A DNA stretch of 59,054 nt, filler included, from Platydemus manokwari (GCA_037951405.1; 5 parts of 5 records of this genome joined end to end with filler, not necessarily neighbours in it), one strand, 5' to 3'. Positions 1 through 15,000 are shown, counted from the whole stretch's first letter. The notes: generated by a model not told the origin, from the letters alone. A program made the numbers and translations.

Positions 1-17
1 TAATAATAATAATAATG

Positions 18-77
<60 letters not shown>

Positions 78-89
78 GTAATAATAATA
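1..89. repeat. (TAA)n microsatellite
   Basis: Near-perfect TAA tandem run from base 1 with two substitutions (TGA, TAG); may extend beyond the window. Confidence 0.97.
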
Positions 90-3000
90 TTTTCTATTTA
101 CTAATAAAACGACTTGACCTATCTCTAATTAGTTATGAAGGGAAGATTTGACACAGTGATAATATCGTATAACCATACTCTATTTATATCGTCCCAGAAT
201 CAAAACCGCTCGCACGAACTGATTAAATTTCTTCTCTCATTTTGCAGCAATTACGTGAGAAATTATTCCATTATCAATAAATGCCCCCATTATTACCCAT
301 GAAAACATTTCTTCCCACCTCTTAGATCAGATGTTTCTGTACTACCATTTCCTTATCACTAAATCCCCTTTGGCAAACAGCCAATATCCCCTTTAACCTT
401 TACCTTATTCTTATAGCGACACTTATTTTGAGCGCCCATTGTTGGTGGAATCGATGTTTGCCATCAGCACAATAACAGAGAAAGCATTTACCTGTATCGA
501 TTTTGTACTGTAACGGCCTTGTGAGATGGGGCCGCTTGTTTTTGTTCCACCAATATGCAAAAAGAACAGAGAAAACAAAGGAGAAAAAAACCAAAATGCA
601 AATACAACTGATCAATAAGTAGAGAGGTAAAAATTCTGATGATTTGGAAACTTCATTAACAAATGATGTGGATCGGAAAACAGAACTTTCAACTACATCA
701 CTAATCTAAAACATGTAGAATTCCAATAGAAATTATCGTTATAGTGTCACCTAAACTAACCAGTTTAATATTCAAATTATCACCTTGTTTGTTTAAATTA
801 TATTTGATAATATCATCTGTGGAATAGAACTCTGAATTATAACTAGCATTAATAAGAATCTGAAATTTTTCACTCGGGGATTCCACGAACTCAATAGATC
901 CCTTGAATATGAAATTATCGTATCAACTAAAAATAATACCAAACTAGTACCCTGAAAGGATTTTGGATTATCACATTTGTTGGATATTTACCACTTGAAT
1001 AATCTCTTAATAATTCTTCTTCATCGATAAGAGTTAATTGTTTTTTAATAAAATTCATCAAATAATATTTGGAAAAATATCTGTAATTAATTCATAGAAA
1101 TAATAGCTAATTTAGATTTTTTGCATCAAATGAAAATACGTGTGATGAATTAAAACTAACGGAAGGTTTCACTGGATATTTTAATTTTAAATTTGAAAAG
1201 GTAAAATGGAATTTATTTACTTAGAATACAGTCAAATTTTAAATATTAAGTAATGTTTTAGATAATTTTAGTATTTAATTTTTTGAAATTTGTCAAATAT
1301 ACAAATTCATAATTATTACATTCAAGCATTATATTTTAACATATATACACTTCGACAGGTTTATTTAAGGTGGATTTAAATATTTCGAACTCGTTTGGGA
1401 ATCTTATTATACTACCATCATCCTATCATCTTACGATAATATTTGATATTTTGAATCCAATTTCATGCCGAGATTTTAAATAATTACCTAATAAATCTCA
1501 TTTTAAATTTCTAACAAAAGTTATTTATTTTATTATTTTTAGAAGTTATTTCAAAATTAATTTAGATAATACTCAGACTAATGAATGAATGGCATAATCT
1601 TATAAGTGGTTAATTTAGTTTTACCCACCAAAATTCTAACTCTCACTAATTAGCTTGATTATCTTTATAAGTGATCGAAATATTTATTCACAAATCCAAT
1701 ACAGGTACAATCAACAGTTACAATACCTTTGAAGTAAGTTAGTATTTTGTATTAAGAATCACTTTGGTTTAAAAGACTAGCGACTGGAACTAGTTACTCA
1801 AATAGATGGAGGATTTCAAAAAAGAAGAGAAATATTCTTCTGTTCTCTGATTTTTTCAGAATCTTGAAAAGTAGATATTCCTTCAATGAATGACTTCACA
1901 TTTTTTTTAAAAATTTATCTGAGAATCGACAATATAAATAATTAACTATAAGCAACTATGGCTAGTTATGACTATTGCTCCTACCTCAAACATTTGACTA
2001 AATTTAAACCTGAATATAATTATTTTTAATGCGACAAAGTCCGATTTCTCTAAGGTAGTGTAAGTATAAATAATCAGTTTTCTTTACATTTCATTTTAGA
2101 ACACCCATTCCAATAATATTTTTTCTCTGAGATCTTTCTCACGATTCCATGGAGATTGGAATTTATTTTAAATTAACTTCGTTTGGGGGGATTATTTACT
2201 GCTAAAAATGAGTCAATTAATTTTCAAATACGTAATTAAACAGTACAACTTGGTAAATAAGTTAGTATTTATCAGGAGTAAAATTTCAATTTGAAAGGCT
2301 TGTTTATTCAGAGGAAGCATAAAACATCGAAATATATTAACAGAATCTGAGTGTTTGAAATTTTGAAAGAGTCGCTTATAAATTTAGAAGTAGTAGGAGA
2401 TACACTATAATAAATGATGCAACAAGCAATCTACAACTTTTTCTTTAGACATCGCCGATCTGTATTCTAATAGTAATAATGTTGGAGTATGTAGAATGAA
2501 GCTGAATGAAATGAGAAACATTAATATTAAATATATTAAGAAAAATGATTAAAAAAGATAATAAAATAAACAATAAAATTGTTAAGAGCACACTAAGAAA
2601 AGTATAAGAATATAAGAAATAGTATAAACAGGTTCAAATATAAATAATACGAGTGCACTATACACACTGCCATTCACAGGAGAAATCAATGACATACTAA
2701 TCAACAATAAAACCTCAAATCCACCACTTCAAAATATTACTTCTATAGCACCGCAAAGAAAGGAAAATATACCGCAAACCATCAAGAATGAATACATAAT
2801 TAATAGTCACAAAAAAATGAGCACTAGAGAAAATTTTAGAGAAAAAATTTACTTATTGTTGATTTGCCTTCAAACATTAATATGTGATACTTTCTATCAA
2901 ATATCATTCCACTTGTATTCTAATAAATATTAAATTGATAAATTACTTATTTTCCATTTAGAGTTTCGTAAACCCTTTGTTTATATATCAGGTAATTATT

Positions 3001-6000
3001 TACAAATATCTTTTTGTTATTTTTAATATTTTTATTATATTATATTTTTTAAATATAATTTTATAAATGGTCCATTATTCTAATTGTAGATCACTGCAAT
3101 AGTAATTATTGAGTTGTAAATTCGACAGTGATTTATTTTCCTATTCATTTAGTACTGATACAATTTACTGCAGTTGGCTAGGCACTCTTTGTTGCAACAA
3201 TCAATGAATTAAACGAAACTTTTAGATGTTTTCAGTAAATTTCCAATAATGTCGATTCCATATGTGTTACTGAAGCCCTCTACAGCCAGTGAAAATATAA
3301 TATTTGATATCTTTATGAATTCCTAGATGGGAATTGTGACAACCTACAAGCACTACAAAATAAAACGCAGAAATCTTTTTAGAAGACCTAGGAGATACAG
3401 ATAAGGCAAGATTTATTGTGAGAGAACTTTCAGCTCAATCTAGTCACTTAATTAATTTCGAAACCATCCAATTCTGTACAGGAAACAATGGGCAATACAT
3501 TTGCTCATTTGTGTGAACTTTCTACATTCTTTCTATTTTCATATTATTGTAAAAAACGCCACAAGCTTATTTTTGTACAGTGAATTTTTTTTATAGAAAC
3601 TACTTGAATATTACAACAGAAAATTTAAAATGATAAAATTAAATACATAACGCACAGGGTAAACCTATAAGTTAAAAGACAACATTATATCAATATGAAT
3701 CTTGAATTTCGTGAACTGACTAAGTGGCTATGTTCTTAAATCCAATTGAATCGAGACAAAACATTCAATTTGATTTTAATTGATAAAAGAATTATGAAAA
3801 CCAATATTAACGAATATGTGAGACGAGTTACCATGATAATCGGCGGTAAATATTATAGTAATATAATTTAAAGTCTGACTATTTGGCGATAATTATGTCT
3901 GCTTTTAGAAAATCTATAATTAAATTAATAGAAATCTCTGAAGCAGCTTGTGATCTCGTCAAGTCAGTCGGTTCATCTTTTTCACAAATCAAGTGCCAGT
4001 TAAATTATCTGCATGTAATTGTTGAGTTGGGTATATTAATCAACAATTTAGATCTGAAAATTATATTAACCAAAATCCCACAATCAAAGTCTCAATAACA
4101 ACAGTAAATCCTTTCACAATTCACAAAGTAAATCAGTAAAGACGGGAATAGAAAGTAATCAAAAATACTAATTACTAAAAATTACAAAAAGATAAGCTTA
4201 ACACTCAAATTACCGATCAAAAAAGACTGAAATCAACCTCTTTAATAGACTTATCGAGTGTGTCTGCTTGATGTCACAGATCTTCGTTTTCTATTTGCTG
4301 CATTTATTTGTGGATCGATCTATTTGAAAATTTCCTCTTATCTCTCGTCCCACTGGTGTATGTTTGAGCTTGTTGTCCTTTGTAGGTATGTTCCTGTCGA
4401 TTCTTAGCTTCTTAATATGGATTAATATTAGCACGAATCTGATTGGTTAACGACATATGTGTTTAACGGGCCTGTGCGTATTGATCATTTTTAGGGTTCT
4501 TTCATTGATTCTTGTGACCCTTTTGATTGGTTTGTGATCTACCCAACAATTGTAATAGTATTGAAACATTTGTATTAGCTATTGATCCATATACTAAATA
4601 GGAAATTTGAAGAGAAATAATAAACTTAATGAAATTGATAAATTAATCTAACGTAAAGAGTGATACTGTAATTTATTACATACAAACCTCAAGCTAAATC
4701 GAAATGAACTTGCATTGATAGAATTTGACAATTCAATTTAAGCCTAACAATAATATTTCAGCAATGATAATGTCTAACAAAGCAATACTTTTGCAACACA
4801 TGTGCTTATAGAAATATGTCACATCAGTTTGACCAGAAAACTCCTATCTCTGCCTCTTTAGTGAAAATTTACGCCGGTGTAAGAAGTGTTTCCCTTGACT
4901 TACAGTTGAGATTTAACATTTGTGAGGTCGTCTTCAATACGTGCTTGTTTTGTAGTCGAAATTTTAAACTATTTCTTATTCCTTTGAATAATTTACTTTT
5001 CCATTACTTAAATATCAATTATTAAATATATGCATAAATAATTGAGTTTTAGATGGAAAGCTAATTATTATTCCTTTATTTTTTCTTAATTAACCTAATT
5101 ATTGGCTATTACTATTATCTAAGGCAAATCCCTGTAACGATTTTAAGTTCTATGAAAATCTAACCATAAAAACATTGATTGAAACTTTTTAAAATTAGAG
5201 TGATTTACTGTGCCCATGCTAAAGAAATATTCATAGTTATTTTTCATAATAATAAATGCTTATCAAATGATTCATAATAAAATTTATACAAAAGACTTTT
5301 ATGTCAGAGTTTTGTGAGATCTACAATATAAGGAAAGGCTGGCAGTAAGAAATGTAGAACCCAAAGATTATTCTTGAAGGATAGGGTTTTCGATGATATT
5401 ATGAAGACTATATATTGTTCAGATACTTTTGAACATTTATTGTTTCTGTCGACCAATAAATTGAATCTAGAAATCGCAATTTAAATAACATGTGACTTAA
5501 AATAACTCCAAGCATGCATTTCAAATAAAATGGATCACATCAAGTTTTCTTGAAATTGAAAAATACTTTATAATGTGATTTAAAATTTTCTCAATTTCTG
5601 AGGTTATTCTTAGCTTTACTATACAAATAATTACTTTTCATATGAAACCTCTCCATCGATGTCGTGAAAAGAATCTTCTCCATATGACAACATTTTTGTA
5701 TAAAGAATGAATAATAAGTTGTCGAGATTTTCAGATAAAGTAAAAAACTAGAATAAAATCTAATAATGCAACCTATAAATACTAATATGATATAAATAAC
5801 TGATACTAGATAATAAGACTTATTAAAGATCATTACAATACACTTATAGTAAGATAAATTAACAAATGTAAAGATAAAATGTAAAAAATAAAATCAGAAT
5901 CATCGAGTTAGAATAAGTCCTGACTAAAGGTCAAGTCACAGGGAAACTCGACATTCACAAGGAGGAAAAAATTATGAAAATTTTACCGACCACTGGCAAT

Positions 6001-9000
6001 TTCTCCTAAGAGTTCATTCGTCATACAGTCTTCTTGTATATTGATATTTATTTATTCCAGATTTTTAAGTACTATTTAAGGATTTCGATTGTAGATTTTA
6101 CCTTATTCTTCACCGTCATTGCCTCACGCAATAGTTTGTTTTTCACTATTGAAACACATTTATCAATTCCATTGGTTTTGAAAGTTATTTTTATCCATTA
6201 TGTGATTTGAGAATTATCTCAATTTTAATGGATAAGTAATTGTATTGTTATTCTTTTCGTTATGCTTTGCAATAGTGTTTTACCACGATTATTATGAAAT
6301 TATCACTTATAAACGTTTAATTATTCCATAAATATTCTTAATTTCCTTCATAATTGGATAAAATCGATGAAATTAAAGTGGTATTTTTTTGGAAATTTAA
6401 TAAGGAAATAAACGTTTCTTGGGCAAACTTATAACGATATGTATAATAAATTTTAGTATCTAGAATGTGTTACAAGTACACCTGTATTTAGCTTTATGTA
6501 TTAGGAAGGCCAGATTATTACTATGATAATATGGGGGTTTGGATTTTAGTGTTATTGTGGATGCCTGCTTCTTAACGTGGTAAATCTGGATTATTGCACA
6601 ATTCTACATTAAAGCCAAAGGCGTTTTTCTCCGATTATGCTAAATGATCAACGGGTATATTTTTTTAATTATCTTTATAGTCTGATAATCCTTTATTATC
6701 GGAGATGTTATATAGTACATTTATAACATTGATAAATCACATTAATTTATCGTATTTATGATTTGAATTCTTATTGGTTAATTTTTGTTTATAAGTATCG
6801 ATTTTAAAATATATTTTAAAAAATACTTTTATTAAGTAGTAAATATCATGTTATTACGGTTCATTATATATCTGTTGAAGCCATAATCAAAGTGGACATT
6901 AAGTGAAAAAGATATTTATATAAAATCAATATTATATATTACCGATTAAAACAAGTTCGAGGACAACTAAATTTATTTATAATGATTCAATTTTCTTTGA
7001 ATAATAACCGATTTAAAAATTTGGATTGCTTTCTGAAAATAGTAGCGAAAAAGAAAATTCTGAAGCGACAAAAAACGTGAGAGTCAACACAAGATAAGAA
7101 AATTTACAATTCTGTTGATACAAACTAAATAGGCATGCCAACTGGGAATTGCAGAAATTTCCTGTCCCACTCAAGCATTATCCAATGATCCAGTCACAAA
7201 AGGGGGAAGTTTTTGGAATTTTACTTTAGATTTTGGATTTACGGTTGACAATATCATGATGATTAATAGGTAGACTGACCAGTTTTTCAAAAAGCGACCG
7301 AGATACCGATAAGATATAAAACTCATCTGAATAAACAATTCTATATCGTATAAATATTGAATTTAGCTTAAACACTTATAATTTTTCTTGGAAAAAATTT
7401 GCGCTCATGCCTATTTTGTCCTTTGATATTTTCTAAAATTTATAATTGAAGTATTATTGGCTTTGAGTTTCTAGAGAAGAATTAATTCGATAAAGCGCTG
7501 ATCGATATTATTTCTTCTTTTATTGTCTTTCAAATTGTAGGCAATCAAAATTTATTTACTGAGAAATTCTAAATTTTTTATAATTCTAAAGTGAACGAAA
7601 TAAATAATAGAAATATATAATTAATTATAGAAAATTGATTTTGATTTTTCCTTTTAATGTTAAATTCAATGGTGAGACACCAATTTGAAGAGCCTTAAAT
7701 TTAGTGTTGGAGATTAAAAGACAAAGTTATTATTTATAGATTATTTTCTGGTGCCTTATACTTATTTAGACTCTAATTTTAGAGAATATATACAATTTGT
7801 GTCCATATTACTTATAAGATGAAAAAACTTGAGTAGATATAAAGTGATTTCAGTCTTTTCCCTAATAAACATATCAACTACTAAGATAACATTTCAAATA
7901 TGCCATTTAAACCTCGAAATTCGTTCATTATAATATTCTCTGATTCACGATTCTTTGAGAACTAAACCGAAAAGATAACTTGGCAATTAAATTAATAAGT
8001 GGTAATATGTGTTGGAAAATCTTGAAAAATCGAGCGTCACTGTTATTTAAAGGTCATTCACAGAATGTAGGTAAAATTGCAATTAATAAAAAAAATATGG
8101 TGTATTTTCCTTCTATTAAGAGGGAAAATATAGCTGTATTCGAAATTATTTTATTAATTCTACATCAAGCTAAAATCTTTGTTCCGAAGGAGACAAATAA
8201 ATAATTTCCATTATATTTGCTCGGAAATCAAATATCGGAAATTTCATTTCGATACTAATCCAAAGTAATCTAAAAGAGTATTAAATATTTTTCTCCAATT
8301 TTCTAAGTGGAATTTTAATATTTATAATTTTCACTAACACGAAAACTAAATCACAATCAAGATTGAAAAATGACGAAAATGAATTGCAAGATATGTTACA
8401 GCAGAAATAACCAAACATCGCCAATCACCAATTTCGTATTGGCTGTTATTTTCTAAAATAAAAATTCGTTTGATTTCTCTTATTGTATAATAATATTTTA
8501 TTTAATAATAAATAAATATATTTTCATTTTGTAATTGTTTCTTAATTATTTTGAGATTTTATTTCGGTTGTAAGAAATGTTTCCATAACACCGATCTAAT
8601 ATAAGCATAAATAAGAAAAATATTAATTTTGATTTTCGTTCTATTTATTTAATGTAGAAATTTCTTCCTCGAAAAATCTTCTTTTCTTTCTTTAAATTTC
8701 TCTGAACTTTCAACATTTGCAATGGACAATTTTTGGTCACTTGAATTAATATTAGATCAATAACGAAAATGTTATAAAATGATATAAAATTCTAAAATGT
8801 TCAATATTATTTATATTGGCATTTACCGGTAGATTGATTATGAATATTATGTTTTACTTTAAAATTTCTTTAAACGCATTTGATTAATAGGACTGAAATA
8901 AGAAAACACTTCTTCGAATATTTTCATTATACTCCAAAAATTGTGATAGACTGACCAATCAGATCAATCGAAAATATAAATTATCAAAACTGTTTCACAG

Positions 9001-9500
9001 AACAATTTTATAACGAAAGCGATCATTAGTATCTATGGAAACTGTTGCTTCAATTTGGTAGTTAAGGCACAAAACTTATGGATATTTTGCTTGTAAAAAT
9101 TTTTTACGAAGTTTTAATAATTAAACAACAAAATATTAGCAATGATGGATCAGACATTGAGTGATAAAAAGAAAAATTTTCACCAATGACAGTTTAAAAA
9201 CATATCCATGGTAACACATATAAACAAAGCCCAATCAAGGTCAAAAATTATTTCTTAAACAAATGCTACGAACCATTCATAAAAATTTAGATGAAAATAA
9301 CAGCCAATAAAATCGCTAATTGAAAAACATGTAAACATTGGTCGAATAAAAATAATTAAAACAAATCACAACAAAATAAAGAAAATCATTAATAATAAAT
9401 TTCCAAAAAAAAACAATTCATATCACATCATAAATACAATTTCGACAATGGTTTAGAAATAATCGGTTGCCATAGGAACTGGTTGTTAAAATCATCTCGA

Positions 9501-10624
9501 TCAAATTTTACCATCAACCTTTGATTGAAGCTCGAATCGCGAAATGTGGAACTCCTGAACAGATTATATTAGATGATGTCAGACACAATCGTACAAAATA
9601 CCTCCAGAGAACAATCGTTTATCACTGAGAAATCATTGAATGGACAATCGGTATCAACTGTGACCTTGCAAAACACGGTGTGCTACAAAAATATCAATCA
9701 ATAAAGGTTCTTTTTTATGAGGCAATTTCTATGTCTTTATAACAGTGGAGTTTTTAATTTATACCAAATCCTATACAAGGTTTATCATTGAAAAATAAGA
9801 CATTTCATCAAATTAATTAAAGGAAAAAATCGCGATAAAAATCAAGAACAAAATGACAGAATTATGATAATTATTTTCCTGATAAAGAAAAACGTTACCT
9901 TCGACACAGAGTGGCTCACTCGGACTTGATTTAGCAACTCGTTGTCTGTTAGATTGTCATTAGATCCATTTTTGATAAACTGTTTCACACAAACACTATA
10001 CGAAGCATGTGTATGATCGGGACTGGCAACATATAACAGATAATCAGATCCGAATCTTAACCCTGGTCGAACAACCCATCCAAAAGATCTATAGTAATGA
10101 TATGCAACATACAGAGACAGAAATCGTTCTCCGTTTATCAAAATACTATCTTTCCATATTTCTTCAATTGGAATCAACTGTAATATTATGTAAAATTAAA
10201 ATTTAAGACATAAATAAAACCTTTTTGGTATCATAACATGTGATAATTAACGATTCAAATACATGGACTAAAAATATTATTTCTACGTCTGATAATAACA
10301 AATAATTTTCTGAAGTCAAACCATCAATATCTCTAAATATTCAATAAAATAGCAAGGAAATGTTGTTGTAATAAAATTACAAATTGGAAGACATCATTAG
10401 TTTTCCATAAAATCCCTAAAAATATAGCTTAACTAGTCGTTTTAGAAATGACTTCATACACATTTTTGAAGAAATTTGATAGAATTTTCACAAATGACAT
10501 AAAAATTTCCATGAAATTTATAAACAGAAATTTTATTTTCATTTTCGAAAATATGTGGAAAATTTTCACCCAGAGATATTTGATCAAAAGATTTTTTCAC
10601 ATTGCAAACCCGTTGAATATTCAT
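9501..10624 (-). CDS. TSEN2: tRNA-splicing endonuclease catalytic subunit Sen2 (compact, ~240 aa, 6 exons)
   Basis: Manual splicing with GT-AG introns in consistent phase; exons about 10624-10460, 10415-10381, 10333-10221, 10177-9899, 9682-9602, 9554-9501. Protein has GFYGK, ENYLLLSDVEIIFL and YVAYHYYRSFGWVVRPGLRFGSDYLLYVASPDHTHASY...RVSHSVSK, i.e. the Tyr/His/Lys triad of tRNA intron endonucleases. The GFYGK motif favours Sen2 over Sen34. Confidence 0.9.
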
Positions 10625-11034
10625 ATTAATTTAAATAAATTCAATAATTTCAAATTTTGCAATTTACTTTTTAATAAAAATTATATATAAACAAAACATT
10701 GAATACAATATTGAAATTATATTTATTTTTTATGAATATTTTTCGTAAATTTTTATAATCATGCTTGATGAACGAATTTAATTATATAGGAAAATTATTT
10801 TAAATAAATATACATTATTAATTTTGAAACTGTTTTTCAAAATAAGTTATTAAAATAGATTTTCAAATTGAACAATACAATTATCGTAATTATAATTAAC
10901 TAATTCCATATTCAAAAATTAAAATTCAATTTATTGTGTGCTTATGTTTATAATAATTAAATAATTTATTTCAACGAAATAAAACAATATATTACTGATT
11001 AAGAACTTAAGGTTACATGTAATTACATGAGGGT

Positions 11035-11399
11035 TGTTGTCAGATGTTATAAGAAACCTACTAAGTTAACTACTAAATCTACTACTAAGAAAGGTTGTAA
11101 CTAAAATCAATATAATGATTAACTGAATGAGACATGCATCCGATATGTGAAAAGACGCCCGACAAGAAGCATGGTTGATTCTCTGCCTAACTGACTGGAT
11201 TTCTAGTAGGTCAAAACGGCATGCATGCCTTAGATATACTCCTCTACCCCTGTACATTGAATTTTCTTCCTGCTACCCAAGTCTTAGTTAATCAATGATA
11301 AGATGGTGTAGGCAGAGAGGAAAAGGTTTGCTTATTTCTGGTGAATGAATATAATTATTGAAGCTTCGTTACTAAGTTAGTTAAATTTTTATCACAACA
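11035..11399. mobile_element. possible solo LTR
   Basis: About 360-bp island of higher GC bounded by TGTTGT/TGTTAT and CACAACA (TG...CA, short inverted termini); no clean target-site duplication found. Confidence 0.3.
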
Positions 11400-12043
11400 C
11401 TAATTGTTGGATGATATTTTCTTATAAGGGAATCAGCAATTTACATTGACAAACATATCTAAGGTAATATGCAATTATTTTTTAATGTTTCATTAATTTT
11501 TTTTCTATTAAAAACTGTTTCATTAATTTATTTATTGTGAAATTAATTTCCAAATATCGTGACGTAATGAACACACATTTATGTTTATTCAAGTAAGATG
11601 TTTGTGCAGTATATATATATTTTAAGACTCGACAATAAAAATATTTTAGCCAATTTTGTGTTGATAAAATTTGAAACATTGTTTATTTTAAAATCAATCA
11701 ATAATTTTTAGACAATATTACTACAAATTAAAAATATAAAGTTTCAACACGAAATTGCGACCTTTTCTAACAAAGCTCAGCGATAGTCGAGCGTATATTT
11801 TATCAGTGAAGATGAGACAATCACTAGTGTGGTCGTTTGGTTCATCAAGACACCAATTCAAACACATAGATTTCATCAGTTTTCGCACACACAAACTCTG
11901 TAAGAACCCTTATGTTTGGTTATCAGCGTTAGCAGCCTAGCTTTTCTTCTGACACAAGAGGTGGTTGCCTTGCTAGCTAGCTAACATGCTTGTTTCAAGC
12001 ATGTGTAAGGGATGCAGATGCAGAACTCAACGATGATTGGCTA

Positions 12044-15000
12044 ATGCGAGGTGAAGTAAGTATCAGCTTGTCTGATTGATAAGAGGTACATTTTCTAAAT
12101 TAAATGGGATCCGGATATCAGCCATTTTGTTGAAGCAAGTTTCTATGATTTATTGATTAAAATTTCAATCTATATTAACTTTTTATAACTTTTAATTAAT
12201 TGATTTCTATTAAAATAAAGATTATAACGAAATATACTCTACTAAGAATTTAGTGAAAGGTGCTTTAGCATTATGCGAATTATTGGAAAATCAATATTAT
12301 AATTTATTGATTTTAATTTATTATGCCAAGGAACATTCAGTTTAATAAACGAGTTCAGTAGTGTATGTGTTTCATGTAGTGGGTCTTTCCTCGTACTTTA
12401 TTGATGACTAGTGAGCAGGAAATTATGCCAGTGTGTGCGTGTTGTTATGTTCCTTTGAAGGTTGTCAGGGTTTGCTGGATTATGCGGGTAACATTTGTTC
12501 ACTTCTACGAAGGGGAATTAGCCATTTATGAATAATTCATCTAGTTTTATTGATTATTCGTGACATGTTTTAATTGATGTGTGACTCATTTTACTAACTC
12601 TGTCGCGAGCGTTACCTTCAAGTTCTAATTTGATCTAATTATCCTTTGTTTATTAATCGATACGAATTTACATGAATTCTCAATCGGTGATGCCAAAACT
12701 ATTTGTTTAACTGTGATGAATAGTGCTCTGATTGATTTATTAAGTTGTTTATGTTTTAGAGTCCAATGAGCAACGACAATACGAGTATAGAAACAGATGA
12801 AATAATCCAAGACGAAGAAGTCAATTGTGTTTTCTGTGGGAAACTATTTCCATCCATTGAAAAAGTACAAGATCACATCACGGAAAAACACGATTCGTCT
12901 GAGGCGCATGCGGATACCATAGAAACAAAAGTGGAAAATAACTGGGAAAATAAGCAGACGAAAATTTATGATCTCAATACAGAACCGGTGCCAAATCGTA
13001 TGGTGGATTATAATAATGTAGTCCAATGCTCCAAATGTGATTTATCATTCGTCCATGCTTACGCGTCGAGGATGCATTTTGAAAAAGTTCATTTGATCAG
13101 AAAACGGAAAAGATCTTCCAATCCAAACGGGGGTTGGTAATTAACGTTACATAATTAGTTTTAATGTATGATCGAAAATTGATCAATGTTTGATTCCGGA
13201 TTCCATTATGACGAAATTTAAATTAAGAATTACAATTCACAACACATTTTAATCATTTCTACAAGAAATCGATCGAATTACATGCAACTAATGCAGGGAT
13301 TACCACAATAATCGCAACCGTATTTTGTCGAAACATCAATAATTATATGCAAAACCTCTTTGATATAGATATTGGTGAATAGTAGAACAAAATTATTATC
13401 GGCACGCTCGCAATATGATTGATGGGCAATGTTGTTTGGTTTCGAAATGAAAATGCTATTGACAAATATCATGTAGAATGACTCAATTAATTTCCTGAGT
13501 TGGCACTGGAATGTTGGCCAAGGACGTATGAATTTAGTATTGTTAGGGATATTGAGCAGCTGATTGGATAATTCTGTTGAGTATTTTTTATGATTTTATC
13601 AGACATCATTTCTGGTATGATTGTTGATTTGAATGTTATATATATTGATAATTAATGTATTATAATTCATTAGAATAGTTTTTTGAAATAAATATCCCAT
13701 AAAATCAATATTATTTACTGAATTTCAATGAAATCAATATAAATATTATTATTAAAATTTTTATAAAGAATAATATTGTTGACGTTTAATGAAAATCGAT
13801 TGCTCTCAGAATTTCTTGAAATTTTAATTTTGGAGGAGTTAGGATTTGTTTTTGATATTTGGTGTACACTCGATGTCTCCTAGAGGATTCAAATATTAAA
13901 ATGTCAATGGTGATAGTAGATATTCGTATATAATAATAATAATATTCGTTATGAATCAAATTCATTACGATCCAAAACATTATGCAAATGATGATGAAAA
14001 TTGACGCTTAAAAGGGCCTTGAATGTGATTTGGCTTGCTTAAAGTGGTAAAGCCAATTCGAAATATTTGTTTCGTCGTCTAAAGATTGCTTAACGTTTAG
14101 ATGAAAAACGTTTTATTAAAAAAAAACATTTTCATCGATTTATGAATATTTATGTATGTGTTGATTCGTTTGTAAAATCATTGTCATCAAAATTTATCAT
14201 AATAAGGTTTATGTCACCACGTAACGGAAGCTCGGAAGCTTGATTTCTTGACCGTTTTGAAAAGTGTATACTCATCATAATATAATCAAAATATTTCTCA
14301 AATAACTATCTCATAATAATAAACACACATCACAAGGTTGTCTTAATTCGAATAATTCACCAATCGAACAAATTTGACGGTTTTCCTTAAGCACAATCGA
14401 CAACACGGTCGATTAAGAAAGCAAAAGCAGAAAAAACGGTTTTCAAAACGAAATTCAACCGTAAAGTGGATTTTGAAAAAAAGTTGAATATTCATATCAA
14501 TTGATAAATTATTTTTGTTGAGAGAATAATTTGTTTTTTATTTTGTTTTCACAATGTGTGTAATATTATTGGGAAATTTTTTTTCCCATTCCATTAAAGA
14601 AATTTAAACCAAATAAAAAATATTATTAATCGATCCAAAAAATCGATTTCCAACACATTTGTTTTGAAAATTTTTTGTTTGGTTTCGATTTGACCATTAG
14701 TTGAAATTAGATAGGTTTAACATTGATTGCAAACAATATCTTCAAATGGGAAATGCTTACCGAGAATTACAAAAAATGTTTTGCTTAAAAGCTGGAAATC
14801 GTTGTCATTAAACATGTGTATGTCGACAACTTCTTGATATACATATGTGGACTATGAACAATATGCTTGTTCGGATATTCTAAATATACTAAATTTGTCT
14901 GAGATATTATTTACTGTCTGATGAAATTATCCTCTAAGGTTGTTCGCCATCATCAATTTGATTGAAATTATTGCTTTGTTGGCGATTTTCCTCGATTTGG

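Noticed and set aside
120-3000. Minus-strand exon-like pieces, including a hydrophobic segment followed by basic residues (ORF 400-615) and hydrophobic frames at 2620-2990
   Set aside because: Could be a decayed membrane-protein gene, but frames are broken by stops and I recognise no family motif.
3400-3520. CERTFSS...TMG resembling a hAT dimerisation motif
   Set aside because: Too short and interrupted; no other hAT motifs or ends nearby.
4250-4550. A-rich minus-strand frame resembling the region before the zinc knuckle of non-LTR elements
   Set aside because: No diagnostic motif; plausible debris but unsupported.
12750-12768. Acceptor just before ATG 12766 as a spliced-leader trans-splice site
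   Set aside because: A canonical in-phase cis donor (GTAAGT at 12056) explains it.
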